Of a DNA stretch of 64,000 nt, positions 15,839 to 35,857 are shown in pieces. Below the pieces are notes generated by a model, which ran no database searches, was not told the origin of the DNA, and was given only the letters and a program-made list of their open reading frames with translations. This DNA comes from the human T2T-CHM13v2.0 reference genome, Homo sapiens, in the NCBI RefSeq assembly GCF_009914755.1, contig NC_060934.1, one strand, 5' to 3'. Every line of letters begins with the position of its first letter. The first letter of the stretch is position 1. The translations under genes were made by a program, and so were the position numbers.

Positions 15839-18800
15839 TTAAAACTTAACAATAAAAAAGCAAACAGCCAAATTAGAAACGGGCAAAAGATTTTAACAGA
15901 CAATTAAAGATAAACAGATGGCAGATAAAACATATGAAGAGATGCTCAGCATTACATGTTATTAGAGAACTTCAAATTAAATCAAATCAACAATGAGATG
16001 CCTTTACACAACTATTAGAATGGCTAAAGTTTGACAACACCAAATGCTAGCAAGGATGTGGAGCAACAGGAACTCTCATATATCACCGATGGTGAGGCAA
16101 CATGCACTGCAACCACTTTGGAAGACAGTTTGGCAGTTTCTTACAAAACTAAACATACTCTTACCATACAATCCAGTGATCGTGCTCCTTGTTGTATACC
16201 CAAAGCAGTTGAAAACTGACGTCCACACAAAAACCTGCACACAAATGTTTATTGCAGCTTTATTCATAATTGCCAAAACTTGGAAGTAACCAAAATGTCT
16301 TTCAGGAGGTGAAAGGATAAACAAACTGGCACATCCATATAATGGAATGTTACTCACTAATAAAAAGAAATGAGCTGGATTGCCATTCTCAAGTCATGAA
16401 AAGACATAAAGGAACCCTAAAAGCATAATGCTAAGGGAAAGAAGCCAATCTGAAAAGCCTATATAGTATATGATTCTAACTATATGACTTCTGGCAAAAG
16501 CAAAACTCTGGAGACAGTAAAATGATCAGAGGTTGCCAGGGGTTCAGGGTATTGAGGGATGGAAAGATGAATAGGTACAGACATGAGATTTTTAGGGCAG
16601 TGCTACTATTCTGTATGAAACAGTAATAATGGACACGTGTCATATACTCGTCAAAACTCATATAAGGTACAAGATAAGGAGTGAATCTTAATGTAAACTA
16701 TGGACTTCAGTTAATAATAATGTATCAATATTGATTCCTCAGTTATCACAAATGTACCACACTAATACAAGATGTTTATAACAGGAGGAACTTGTGGAGA
16801 GAAGGTATGTAGGAATTCTCTGTACTTTTCAGTCAATATTTTTGTAAACCTAAAGTTGCTCTAAAAAAAGAAAGTTGATTAAAGAACAGCAGTGTAAAAT
16901 CTTTGTATGTTGATTACATGTTGGTTGACAATATTTTGGATATACTATGTTAAAGCGTATCACTAAAACTAAATCACCTATTTATTTTTATTTTTTTAAA
17001 CTCCTAGAAAATTTTCTATTACATCTGTGACTCACATTCTAATTTTGTTGAACAGTGCTGGTCTAGAACCAGGTTCTTGCACCTCTAGTGTACCAGCCCA
17101 ATTCTCTGTCTCTGCTTCTAGGCCCTATGGTTTCAGGATCTTTTATCAAGCATCTCTTCTTTTTAATCACTTTGCTGTTAACAGCATTTCAGAGTCTTTA
17201 TTTGTTTTGGAAAGTCATCAAGATTCCTCTGCATCATGTCCTGGCTTCAGTGTCCCTTCCCCATACTGTACTCTATATTCTGGCTTCCAGCATCCCCCTG
17301 TGTATGTGGTACTCTGGCTTGTGTAACTTCCTCTTGTTAACAACCAGTTTGATTGAGTCATCTCCTGGCTGGTCTCAGGAGTATTCCCACATTTCTGCTC
17401 AGATTGTGCTCTCAATCTACTTCAAGAAGCACTTCCTTTTCCAAGAAGGCCTCTGTCTTCAGTTCCACCTCACATTAAAGACTCCAGCCCTTTGTTATCT
17501 CTCAATATGTAAGCAATGCATTTTTACCCCTTTATTACACTTGTGATATATTTGCATATAGTTCTTTCCCGCCTACTTGGATTGTAAGTTCACCAAAAGT
17601 AGACTGTTGCCACTCCTTTGATATTCCAAGGTTGTGTGGGATGGCATATGCATGAGATCACAGGCTTTGTTTTTAGACATTGGTGTTTAAGTTGCAGTCT
17701 CCCACTTAGCATCTTTGTGGCCTTAAACATGTCACTTAACTCTCTTAAAGTTTCCTCATACGTAAAATGGGGATGATATTCCTATCACCTCATAGGATTG
17801 TTGGAGGGGTCCGTGTTTGGTGTTTAGATGCCATTGGATGCACTCAGACTTCTGCAAAATGGAGACAGCAGGCAAGGCGCTGTTTCCAATGCCAAAAGTT
17901 GCTCTTGCATTTTACTGTGAAGTTCATATCAAGTTCACTTTATGTGAGAAGGGGTTAACAACCCTTTCCATTCAATCACCACCATCTTCTCCATGAGCTA
18001 GGACTTCCCATAACTCTTTAAACACATTTCATGATTTTTTATGAAGGATTAAAATTTAGGTGTGTGAAGATCAGAGTCATTTTCTTCACAACTCAGGCAG
18101 TCTTTCACTTACAGAGCAAAGCCCAGTCTTGCTCATAGTTTGTTTCAACCTGATTTACTATCAGAAAAGTTCTCTGTTTATTTTACTGGCTTAAAAATAT
18201 TCTTTCTCTGGTCTAGTTTCTCTTGTCAGAAAAGAGAAACAATTTACAACATAGTACTTAAATAAAAAGTAATTTTAGGTCCGTGTGATTTTCTTTATAT
18301 AAGTGTTATTTTAATTTAAGCTGATTACTTAAAGGGAGGCTTACACTCAGGACTGCATATTTTTCTTTATCAAAAAAGAGGCTTCTCTTTTTTCACATGA
18401 GGGTAAATAAGAGGCTGCCTTTTAGCACTTCACACAATGCCTGACTCTTAGCCAATGAATGAAAGGGGCTTGTGGTATCCTATGGTCCCGTCAGGTCATA
18501 GATGTATAAGAATTTTGGCTGAATTAATATCACATGAGTTTGAAATCTGAGTGACATGGTTTTTATCAATTTTAAAATGGTGTTATGTTTGGTTTGGAGA
18601 TCAAGTTAATATAAAATGTAGAATGAAACGTAATTTAATGCTTTTGAACCATTACATGACCTGATGTTTGAAATTCTTTTCTAAAGCATAAAATACATGT
18701 ATTGTTTGTTTGTTTGTTAATTGAGATGGAGTCTCACTTTGTTGCCCAGGCTGCAGTGCAGTGGTGTGATCTCAGCTCACTGCGACTTCTGCCACCCAGG

Positions 18801-19162
18801 TTCAAGCGATTCTCGTGCCTCAGCTTCCTGAGTAGCTGGGACTACAGGCACGTGCCACCACGTCTAGCTAATTTTTTGTTTTGTTTTGAGACAGAGTCTC
18901 GCTCCATCGCCCAGGCTGGAGTGCAGTGGTGTCATCTCCACTCACTGCAAGCTCCGCCTCCTGGGTTCACGCCATTCTCCTGCCTCAGCCTCCTGAGTAG
19001 CTGGGACTACCCACCACCACACTCCGCTAATATTTTGTATTTTTAGTAGAGATGGCGTTTCACCATGTTAGCCAGGATGGTCTCAATCTCCTGACCTCGT
19101 GATCCGCCTGCCTCGGCCTCCCAAAGTGCTGGGATTACAGGTGTGAGCCACCGCGCCCGGCC

Positions 19163-21734
<2,572 letters not shown>

Positions 21735-23761
21735 TGCTTCCTATCTTTAAAGACCAGTTATCAACATAAATAATATGTGACTAAAAATATATTAAAGTGT
21801 GTTAAAGCTAAAACCTCCCCAGCATTAGTATTTAGCTGAGTGACACCCCAGCTAAGTGATGATGAGGCCACATGACTAAGCCAATTGCCCACTCACCCAG
21901 CCTCCTCCAACTACTGTGAATATGCATACAGCATCCTCTCCAAGGGTTTACACTGATTCCATTTCCATGGAGAATACTCAACATATATGCCAAAGAAAAG
22001 CAAATCAGATGCTTTCATTGCCTTTTACATTGTTTTCTCTGCACTGAGATGGGATGCCTGTGCCTGTTGAAACACAGCCCCTTTTAGCTTCTCTCTCTGA
22101 CCATTCAGCCCAGCTTACACTGAGTGAAGCCCATTCCCTGCCAACCATACTATGTCTTCACATACTGCCTCACAGTAGTCTCAGTCTAGGATAGCGATGA
22201 CACACAGAAAAGCTTGTAACTGCTTCTGGTTGCCTTAGAAATCAGCCCAAGGCATCCTGAAGGATCAATAGTAGGTAGCTGAAAGTCTGAAAGAGGGTCA
22301 GAAACTTTAATGTCTGGAAAACAGTGCTTTGCAGAATAGAGAATGAGTGATTAGAACATGGGAGAGCAGACACTGAGAGTTGGAGAGAGAGGAGCAAAGA
22401 TGTATATAAAGCTGGCAATTGATAGGGCAATGGTGGAAGCAAAAGGCGTCATAACAGCATGAGGCAGTGACTCAAGGTGCTATGAGGAGGAAGTGGAACG
22501 GGACTAGCGAAGGATCAACAAACAGGATCTGAGTCTTTGGTGACAGACTCCGAATGATTGAGGCTGAGTGCAGAGGAACAGTAGGTATTATTTTCCTGCT
22601 ATTTTGGGCAAGAGAATATTCAGCTATCTGAGAATAAGTATAGCCCAAGGATGAAAATGATGAGCTCTGGAGTCATGTAGGCACATATCTTGACTCTGAA
22701 ACTACTCCTGGGGCCTTTGACAAGTCATGAAACCTCTCATAGCCTCAGTCCCTTTGCTAAGATTAGGGGATAATAAAGACCTATCTCATAAGATTGTTTG
22801 GAAGGCTAAGTAAAATAATCCATTTAAGTTCATAGTGTAATGCCTAGTGTATACTAAACTCAATAAATGTTGCTATGGAAACAATATAAGAACCTCTTAG
22901 AAAAGAAAAATATAAAACAGTATTATGAGTCTGTCTTTTTAAGAAATTAGCTTTATTAATACTTACTAGACAAATAGTCTTTTGTTTTTTCCAGTTCTGT
23001 CTTACAAAATCTTTCCCTTATTTTGCTAAGAGAAACCAAAGAAAACAAAATATTTATAACGCAGGTTGTTAAACATAGAACCTATTTACTAACTAATCAG
23101 ATTAAGAAGAGGTCTCCAGGATGCTTAAACATGACTGTTCCCTATCCTAAGTAACATATTTCTCAGCTATATTTTTCTGCATTAAATTTTAAAAAACTTT
23201 TGTCATACAGTTTTATTACCAGTTTAAAATGTAAACCTTTGTCAAGAATCATGAAAGATGTTAGATAGCTGTTGTTGGAAATTAATGACAGCTTATAAAT
23301 TATATTGCTTGCTAATAACTTTGCACATAACTGCACTTAAAATGTACATACCAACTTTTGCTTGTTTTCTTGTACTTACCGACTTTGAAAACTTTTCTCA
23401 TCAAAGCTAAGTTCTTTGTCCTAGCAATAATATACAAAAACAGTGGTTTGTGATATTTGAAATAGCAATATGGTCTTCTCTGTCCAGTGTTAATATAAAG
23501 GTACTTCTGACAGTTTCAGCCCCAAACAAAATGCGGCTCTCTTTGTTTATTCAAATTTTATCAGAGTGCATTCCTTCCTTCCTTCGGGCAAAGACAGAAG
23601 TTAAACATACCATAGAGTCCTGCCTGTTGGCAGAGAGAAATGCCTTCTGCTATACATGGAAATTGTGTCCCAAATCAACTCCCTAATATAATTCACACTA
23701 GAGCATGTTTCCTGAAACCTTTCTCCAAATCCTAGTATAATTTCTCTTTTTGATCTTCTAG

Positions 23762-23837
23762 ATTGGCCTGGGCTAAAAATACTCAAGACCCTCAGATTGC
23801 AGTAGGGTCCTATTCCCCATTAGAAAAGAAGATTCAG
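23762..23837 (+). pseudogene. Internal 76-nt exon of the fossil gene (R-LAWAKNTQDPQIAVGSYSPLEKKIQ)
   Basis: Strong acceptor tttctctttttgatcttctag, donor CAG|GTGAGG, open frame, phase 2 in and phase 0 out, matching the terminal exon. Confidence 0.75.
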
Positions 23838-24158
23838 GTGAGGAAATACATTTACCATGGAGTTTGGAGCCAGTAATAATCATAATCATAAAAAGCTTAT
23901 CCCTGAGGTAGAAGGGGCCCAAGTGTTTCGAGGGAAAGTGCTCTCTGCCTGTTTAGTTCAGCATTTGGTTCAGTGAGCACCAATGGTGCTGGCCGGACAG
24001 CACTGAACAGAGAATAACCACCCCTGCCCCGACAAAGGGGTGCTTAGTCTAGTGAGGAGCATTGATATTAGACAAACAGCATAAATTACTGTAAGTGTCA
24101 TGGAAGGATGAGGTTTTCTCTGAGAGAGTTTGTGGAAGATCTGAGGGAGTGACGTTTA

Positions 24159-24463
<305 letters not shown>

Positions 24464-24997
24464 TCAAATTATATTGTGAAGAGGAGTAAAAAAGGCGGGT
24501 AAAAACCGGAGCAGGGTGTACAATAGAGGAAGAGCTTTCCTCTTTTGTTAAAGATGACATATACTGAAGCCTATTTGTATGTGGATGGGAGTGACCCAGC
24601 AGCAGGGAGATTTTGGGGAAAGGGAATCTGATAATTGCAAAATTGAGTCTTGAAGCTCAACAAGCACAGGTGGAAGGCTTGGCTTTGGAAAGGCACAGGG
24701 GCAGCGTTTCCTCTGTAAAGGCAGGAAGGCAGAGTTGGGACAGAGGCAAGGTGGTGGTTCTGGCAGCGAGGAGGGAGGAGCTCCGGAGGGACTGCTTCTG
24801 ATTCCTCAGGGAAGGCTACGGCAAAGTCCTCAGGTAGGAGGGAACACTGCAGGAGGAGAGTGTAGGAGGTATGTGGGGCTGGGCACGGTGGCTCACAACT
24901 GCAATCCCAGCACTTTGGGAGGCCGAGGCGGGCAGATCACTTGGGGTCAGGAGTTCGAGAACATCCTGGCCAACATAGTGGAACTTTGTCTCTACTA

Positions 24998-25156
<159 letters not shown>

Positions 25157-25273
25157 CTAAGAAAACAAAAAAGTGTCCCTAACTGGGACATGGTGTAGGA
25201 GTTTTAGATCTGTACCATGGAAATAGAATAAAGGACATCCAACTTAAAATGTTCTAATACTTCCCTTTCATAA

Positions 25274-26440
<1,167 letters not shown>

Positions 26441-26489
26441 TTTTAAGTGCATCAAACTGGCAAAAATTAAAAAAGCCACAAGCACAGTA

Positions 26490-26975
26490 TTTCCAAGTGT
26501 TTCAGCTGGCTGTGTGACAACTCTAAAACTTAGTGACTTAAAGCAACCACCACTTTATTATATCTCGCAGTTCTATGTCAGGAAATCAGACAGAGCTCAA
26601 CTGGACATTTCTGTCCCATGAGGTACCACCAGAGCTGCCTGGGGATATTCAGGTGATGACTGGGCTCATCTGGAGGGTCCAAGATGGCTTCCCCACATGC
26701 CCTTGGCAGGGAAGGCTAGAAAGCTGGGCCTCCCTGGCCCATCTCTCATTTGCAGCTCTCCATGTGGTTTCAGTGCCACGTGGTAGTTGGACTTATTATT
26801 CGGTGACTCACGACTCCACGAATGTGTATTCCAAGAGGCCTGTTGGAAGCTAGAAGGCTTCTTATGACTTAGCCTCACAAGTCCCAGAACATCACTTCTG
26901 TATTCTACTGGTCACATAAGTCACCAAGACCAGCTTAAATCCAAGGAAAGGGAAAGCGGACTCCTATCAAAAAAA
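26490..26975 (-). mobile_element. Old MaLR LTR (MLT1-type)
   Basis: MLT1-like motifs (aaaacttagtgacttaaagcaac; gtccaagatggcttc; tatgacttagcctcacaagtcccagaacatcacttctg). Confidence 0.6.
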
Positions 26976-27062
26976 CTTTGGGCTGGGCATGGTGGCTCCC
27001 ACCTATAATCCCAGCACTTTGAGAGGCTGAGGCAGGCGTTATCACTTGAGGTCAGGAGTTCA

Positions 27063-27332
<270 letters not shown>

Positions 27333-27985
27333 TCACACACCTTCATCCTTCACTATGCTTTTCATTATTCTTTTAACATTGCTAATCGCAACACTTTTCT
27401 AGAAATCCAGAAACCTACAATTTCACAGCCTCTGAGTTGATCTTGACTAAAGCGGCATGGCTCCCTCTCTGTAGGAGTAAATATAGCAGAGGATGTACAA
27501 GCCTGTTACAATTATGCAGAAACACATTGTCTTGTACTCTCCAATCCACCTAAAACTTAATATCATATTCCTAAGCCTAAACCCTAACTCTGTCCAGGAG
27601 ATGTAGCCCCTCTGTACTTCAAGGGGTTTACAACTCATGTGGGGAAGAAAACACTGAAGAAAAAAAAATAGCACGTCCGGTTATGCAGTATAAAGTGTTT
27701 TATTGAAAATATGGACTAGAGTAGGGCAGCAATTTAGGGGGAACTGAGAATGGAGCTTGGATGATAACTTCTTAGGCAGCGGAGACAGGAGGAAGGCATG
27801 GCCACAATTCCACCCTGATTCCTACCACCCTCAGCACAGAAATAAGGCTCCTCCCCAGCCGTTGGAGACATCTATGGAAAAGATTTGTGAATACATGAGA
27901 TGAGAACAGACAGGACAACTGATTTAAGAACAAGGTACTATTGACAAAACCCTGGAGGAAAAGAAAGGCTTTGGGAAGGTGATAA

Positions 27986-28595
<610 letters not shown>

Positions 28596-29097
28596 TCAAA
28601 AAATAAAATATAACATGTATTTTTCAGTTCAGAAATTTAAAGAAAAAGTAGCTCATAATAACCACTGTTGATTATTTTATCTTTACTTGTTTGAAATGGA
28701 GTCTCACTCTGTCGCCCAGGCTGGTGTGCAGTGGCCCAATCTTGGCTCAGTGCTACCTCCACCTCCCGGGTTCAAGCAGTTCTCCTGCCTCAGCCTCTGA
28801 GGATTACAGGTGCCCGCCACCATGCCCAGCTAATTTTGTATTTTTTAATAAAGGATTTCACCACATGGGCCAGGCTGGTCTTGAACTCCTGACCTCAAGT
28901 GATCCACGCGCCTCAGCTTCCCAAAATGCTGGATTACAGGTGTGAGCCACTGCGCTGGCCACTGTTGATAACTTTAAAAAGTAAAAAGTACAGGTTAGAA
29001 AATTCAATAGTTGGCCAGGCGTGGTGGCTCACACCTGTAATCCCAGCACTTTGGGAGGCCGAGGCGGGCAGATCACGAGGTCAGGAGATCAAGACTA

Positions 29098-29313
<216 letters not shown>

Positions 29314-29680
29314 TCAATAGTTACAAAAAGGTACAAAATGAAAAGCAACATGGCCTTGGTTTGCAAAATGTAACCACTTTTAAGTGTCTCAAATTAGGAA
29401 AGTTTGAAACAAGTAGAAAGTAGAAAAATGACAGATAAAAAGGGGGGCAACTTTAGACAAGAACTTAGAAAGTTATGGTGTTAAGACTACATGTTATATA
29501 ATTCCATTTATGTGCAATGTCTAGAACAGGCAAATTTACAGAAAGTAGATTAGTGGTTGCTTAGGGGTAAGAGGTCAGAATGGTAGGTGAGGTAGAGTGA
29601 CAGCTAATGGGTTCAGGGTCAGGGGAACAAAAATGTTCAAAAATTAGATTGTGGTAATGGTTGCTAAGCCCTATGAATAG

Positions 29681-29965
<285 letters not shown>

Positions 29966-31439
29966 TAGTAGAGACAGGCTGGTCTTGAACTCCCAACCTC
30001 AGGTGATCCGCCTGCCTCGGCCTCCCAACGTGCTGGGATTACAGGCGTGAGCCACCGCATCCGGTGTGAGTTATATTTCACTAAAGCTGTTTAACAAAAA
30101 AATAAATGCTAGAGTTTAGAGTCCTGAGGAAGCGGGCCTGGAAATGTAGGGAAAGGACCTGAGCATTCGAGGCTTTGAACATCACTAAAGAGTTCAGATT
30201 TTTTTTAATCTTGAAGGCAATGGGAAATCTGAGTAATATGACAAGTGGTTCTGAAGAAGCAGAAGAGACCTGAAGGACAGAAGTAGGCGATAACAGATTG
30301 GAGTCTGTGGTAGTAACCTGGGCAAACTGAGAGAAGAGATCAGATGGGGATTAGTGACTGGTTAAGGTAAGGGCTTGGAGGGTGGGGGCAATCCTAGTTT
30401 TCCATCTGAGAAAATAAAGTCGTAAAAGTGCCAGTATAGGTCTTCTAGGGAGATTTGAAGGGCTGTTTTGTACATGTCTAAAATAACCCACAAGCTGTCC
30501 AGTGAGCAACTGATTGCATGTATCTGTAACATTTTCAAGAAGTTTAGGCATCAAAGTTGTCAGACTGTTCATGGTGTAAATGTCAGCATAAATGATGACA
30601 GTGACTGTGAAAGGGGAACCAGGGAAAGCAACAGACATCAAGGATACACAGTTTCAAGGCATAGATCTCCAAGTGTCAAATGCACGGCCATATATCCACT
30701 GGAGTTAACAATTTGGAAAGGAATTAGGAAATCTGGCATACAACAGACTCAATGAGTGGGAAAGGAGGTGCCACACTGCCACGGACTGACATGAGGGGAG
30801 ACAAGTGATTCTCATTAAAGAGGTGATAGGATAGCAGCTTGAAGAGGGTCATGGTAATGTTTTTAAAATCAGAGATGGGCTTGGTTGAAGGGAAAACTCC
30901 AGATACAGGTGAAGGGGATGACTGAGAGAGCAGGCTCCCCTAGGAGGCAGGAAGCACTGGAGCCCAGAGTCTTCCACAGAAAAGACGCCTCTACCCCTGA
31001 TGCCAGAGGGAAGCAGTGAGAAAACATGAAATAGCAAAGTGGGCACTGGGAGAAGAAACTGACTAGACTTGAAAGCATAGCCGAGATGAGAAGCATGGAG
31101 TAGCATGCTGGTAAGATGGAACCAGGGCTGATGTTGCTGGGGAAAGTAGTCCAGCCTGGCTTGCCAGAGGATTTAATAGTTTCTTGTGTGTAAATCAGAG
31201 GCTGAATCATAGGAAATTACTCATATTTGACCGTATTTTACCTATAAAAACAACAGTTTCATATGATACAACCTATTTGTTGACTTGACTAGCTAGCTTC
31301 GTGGCAAAAAAGAAGTAAAAGGAATCATAATGGTCCGCAGGGCATTAACAACCTAAGTAAAACTTTCACTGGGACAGGAATAGACAAAGGAGACACTCTC
31401 CAATAATTAGAAAATAAAGAGCAACTACAATTATTTGTG

Positions 31440-31602
31440 AATATGGCGGTGAGTTTCCTTTAATCAAAGACAACCATGACAAATTTATTAACTATCAAAA
31501 GCTACATTTTACTAAAAACAATCTGCCTTTAAAAATGTTGAATCATACAATATGTACAATACATGCCGCTTTCCGTTTTGGACTTCACTATCCATTTGAG
31601 TC
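31440..31602 (-). other. NSMCE4A: NSMCE4A non-coding last exon (3'UTR) with polyA signals
   Basis: Acceptor ttcttcccctttttag at 31603-31604; minus-strand AATAAA (31484-31489) and ATTAAA (31459-31464); 3' end approximate. Confidence 0.8.
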
Positions 31603-32461
31603 CTAAAAAGGGGAAGAATAGCTGGTTAACAGTTTATAAATGATAAACCAAAAGTTCATATAATATACATAAATTAAATCCAACAATTAGCCCTCCTCAG
31701 TGAGTAGGGCCCAGGTTAATCCACATTATATATCTTAAATTTATTCCATATTTATTCCCTTCTTCTTTTTTCTTTTTTTTTTTTTTTTTTGAGACAGAGT
31801 TTCGCTCTGTCGCCCAGGCTGGAGTGCAGTGGCACAATCTCAGGCTCACTGCAAGCTCTGCCTCCCAGGTTCACGCCATTCTCCTGCCTCAGCCTCCTGA
31901 GTAGCTGGAACTACAGGCGCCCACCACCACGCCCAGCTAATTTTTTTGTACTTTTAGTAGAGACGGGGTTTCACCGTGTTAGCCAGGATGGTCTCAATCT
32001 CCTGACGTCGTGGTCCGCCTGCCTCGCCCTCCCAAAGTGCTGAGATTACTGGTGTGAGCCACTGCGCCCGGCCTATTCCCTTCATTTAAAATATTTTTAC
32101 AACTTGGAACAAAAGTATTTCAATTAATTGAAGCACATATTAAGTGCTTACATTAAGTACAAAAAAGTTTATTTTAATGCTCAAAATCAGAAAATTTGAG
32201 CTAGAAAAAAAATTCTTAGCAATGATCTAGCTTGAAAATCTTTCCATTTTATAGATATATTTATAGATTAAAAAAAAATAAAGTTGAAGCCAGGCGTGGT
32301 GGCTCATGTCTGTAATCCCAGCACTTTGGGAGGCCGAGGCGGGCGGACCACAAGGTCAGGAGTTCAAGACCAGCCTGACCAACATGGTGAAATCCCGTCT
32401 CTACTAAAAATAGAAAAATTAGCTGGTCACTGTGGCAGGTGCCTATAATCCCAGCTACTCA

Positions 32462-32704
<243 letters not shown>

Positions 32705-32931
32705 CTACAAAATGTCAGATCATTATTAAGATTTCTTTCTAGAAATGTTACCCTTCATAAAAATGAAGAAGAATTCTTTCATAGCCTAATACAAATTTTA
32801 GAAATGCCAATTTACCAAGATTATTCTAAGGTAATTCTATCCTAATCCTCTTTTTCTGCTTTGTACTTATAAAATAAGCAAATCTAATGGGATGGTGAAC
32901 AACAACATGGATGAGAGGATTCAATATTTCA

Positions 32932-33090
<159 letters not shown>

Positions 33091-33675
33091 TTATTAAAAA
33101 CAAAAACAAAAACAAAACCCACCAAACCAAGAACAATCCTGCACTGCTTCTTTCAGCTGCAAGTCTTTTTTTTGAGACAGAGTCTTGCTCTGTCTCCCAG
33201 GCTGGAGTGCAGTGGCACGATCTCAGCCACTGCAACCTCCACCTCCCGGGTTCAAGCAATTCTCCTGCCTCAGCCTCCTGAGTAGCTGGGATTACAGGTG
33301 CATGCCACCACGCCCAGCTAATTTTTGTATTTTTAGTAGAGATGGGGTTTTACCATGTTGGTCAGGCTGATCTCGAACTCCTGACCTCATGATCCGCTTG
33401 CCTTGGCCTCCCAAAGTGCTGGGATTACAGGCGTGAGCCACCACGCCTGGCCTCAGCTGCAAATCTTAACAGCACAAATTTAATCAATCCAGAGAAGGGA
33501 ACGCAGAACCACTATCCCTTTCTCACCTGTTACACACAGTTCTAAGAATGGGGCACTACAGGGAGGCAAAAATTCAAATTTCACTGGAATGGGGAAAAGG
33601 GATACTTTGGATTGCCAAATGAACTTTAATAGAACTGTGTAGCCATCCCATTGAAAAGGTTACCTTCAGCTAGCA

Positions 33676-33750
33676 TCAAGCACTTGGCTTCTGCTGCCTC
33701 TGACTTGGAGTAATCACAGGCTCTGAAATCTCAAAGGTCTTCACAATCTC
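33676..33750 (-). CDS. NSMCE4A: NSMCE4A exon 10 CDS (EIVKTFEISEPVITPSQRQQKPSA*)
   Basis: Follows a 90-nt intron; TGA at 33678-33676. Summed CDS is 1158 nt = 385 aa. The exon continues 12 nt to a donor at 33664. Confidence 0.94.
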   Translation of the reverse strand, partial: EIVKTFEISEPVITPSQRQQKPSA

Positions 33751-33840
33751 CTGGCAGACAATAATGAACATTTAGGCACTGGGCTTACTGCAAGTGAAGG
33801 CAGAGTCAGAACTATGCAGGGGCAACAGGCAGAGCTTTAC

Positions 33841-33935
33841 CTCCCAGTCACGGTAACTCAAAGCTATAATTCCTTGATTTCTAACTTGTGTGTTATGTTC
33901 AAATCCCTCATTTTCTTCATTAATACTAACAGGCT
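33841..33935 (-). CDS. NSMCE4A: NSMCE4A exon 9 (EPVSINEENEGFEHNTQVRNQGIIALSYRDWE)
   Basis: 95 nt, CAG acceptor, GTAAAG donor. Confidence 0.94.
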
Positions 33936-34697
33936 CTGTTTGAAAGACAAATTTTTCAAATTTATCAAAGGTTATTAAATCGGAACAGGTAATCTAAACG
34001 GAAACTGATGAATAATAGCAATGAAACCTGTATTGAAAAGATACTTATAATATTACATACTTTTTAGGATTTCATGCATTATGGAGCTGCTGTAGTATTA
34101 TTACAGTAGCCAGTCATTCCATCTGTTTCCATTTCAAAAAACATGTAGTAGAGTAACACATTCCAGACATTTGAAAATCTGCATATCTATGTGTCAACCA
34201 CAGAGCTAAGCCCTAGTGAGTCCAATAGGACATTGAGAACATTGAAAGTAGCAAGTAAGTGCGATGGAAATATTCACTCTCCACAGGAGACCTTAGGAGG
34301 ACATGAGTAATGGAGAGTGTGAAATTATTCAGGTAAGAATGAAAGATTCATAGAACCTCAAAGAGAAAAGAAGGTGCCGGCATCTGACAAAACGTGATTA
34401 GAAAGAGGGATACTACAAAAATGACTGCAATCACCAACTTTCTAAATTAAGATCTGAGGGAAATTATATCATTTCTTTGTTAATATTTACAGCAGATGTT
34501 GAATCAATGATATAGATGAATCCATCAAAATTTTAGACGCTGGCCATGTTTTCAGTATCTTCAGGTAGTTGAGCAAGATACAATATTGTAAAAGTTAATC
34601 TACATTGAAAATTCATTTACATTTAGTAAAATACTTAAATTCTACTAACAAATATATTTACTCTAAAACTAATTTTTCCAAACATAGTATCATTTAC

Positions 34698-34746
34698 CTA
34701 TTACTGGCAGTCGGTCTTGGTCAAGTCTTATTCTTGCAAAACCATC
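34698..34746 (-). CDS. NSMCE4A: NSMCE4A exon 8 (DGFARIRLDQDRLPVI)
   Basis: 49 nt, TAG acceptor, GTAAAT donor. Confidence 0.94.
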
Positions 34747-35762
34747 CTAAAACGAAAACATGATTTTAGGAGAAGACAAACATTTAAGACTCAAACCTAT
34801 ACGCACTAGATGGAAAAAATTACTCAGAAAATTCAGTATCTCAGAAAATCAAATTACACCATAGCAATAATAAGGTGATGATATAGATAAGACTTCCCTA
34901 GTATCTTTTATTTACACAGGGTATCTTTGGGTTTCTAATCAGCTCTTTCACCCAGACACAGCCTCCATCCTGAGAATCTCTTAAGTGAAACTCATCTTGT
35001 CTCTTTAACTGATTTATACATATTTTGGAATACTCCACATTTTATTCTGCATAATTCTGTCACTGGGACCACTGGCAAAATATGCCTTTGTTATTATTTC
35101 TGAGAAAATACGTTGGTAGACATAGGTTTTCTCTAAGGTTATAATCAAATTCATCTTACATGTGGGAATGCAACCTGAAGTAAGATTAAAGATAGTCTAA
35201 AGCAAATTTCCATGGTACATATCTGAGTAGAGTTTTAAAACCAATTTTGAAATAATTTCAGACTTAAAGGGCTATAAGACTACTATAAACACGTGGCATA
35301 TATCCTTTACCCATATTCATCAGTCGTTAAAGTGTTAGTTACCACGTTTACTTTATCACTCTACATATTATTATTTATGAATGAAGTGAGAATGATAGGC
35401 GGCCTGCTTCTTTTCCCTAATCTTTCAGTGTGTATTTCTTGAGAACAAGGATATTATACAACATGACAACTATCAAATGCAGGAAATTTAACATTTATAC
35501 CATACTGTTATCTAATCTAAAGTTCCATATTCAAATTTTTCCAATTCTTTCTCTAAATAATTTCTAAAACATAAAAGCAAGCATATAAAATTTTAGCTAG
35601 CTTCTTCTACCTAATATGCCAATTAATGTTTTGCTACAATGGGTCTGAAACATATACTGGCTAGTGTATACAGATACCTTTGCCAGCTCCCTTCTACAGC
35701 TTTTCTTATGTAGCCTTTTAAAAGCATATAAAAGCAATTAGAAAAATAATCTTTAATCTTAC

Positions 35763-35857
35763 CCGTATAATGAAGGAAACATGAAAGATGTTTTCCACTG
35801 TACGGGGGAAAGAATGAGGATCAACCACAAAGTCAAAGAAGGACATTGGGGTATCAG
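35763..35857 (-). CDS. NSMCE4A: NSMCE4A exon 7 ([32 protein letters not shown])
   Basis: 95 nt; conserved Nse4 C-terminal winged-helix motif SF-RTVEN-FHVSF. Confidence 0.96.

Noticed and set aside
17027-17546. 99- and 152-aa hydrophobic ORFs
   Set aside because: Pyrimidine-rich, degenerate L2-like sequence with GTG starts and no supporting splice structure.
23450-23686. 78-aa ORF in unique sequence just upstream of the fossil exon
   Set aside because: GTG start, no motif, and no phase-compatible donor linking it to the reconstructed gene.
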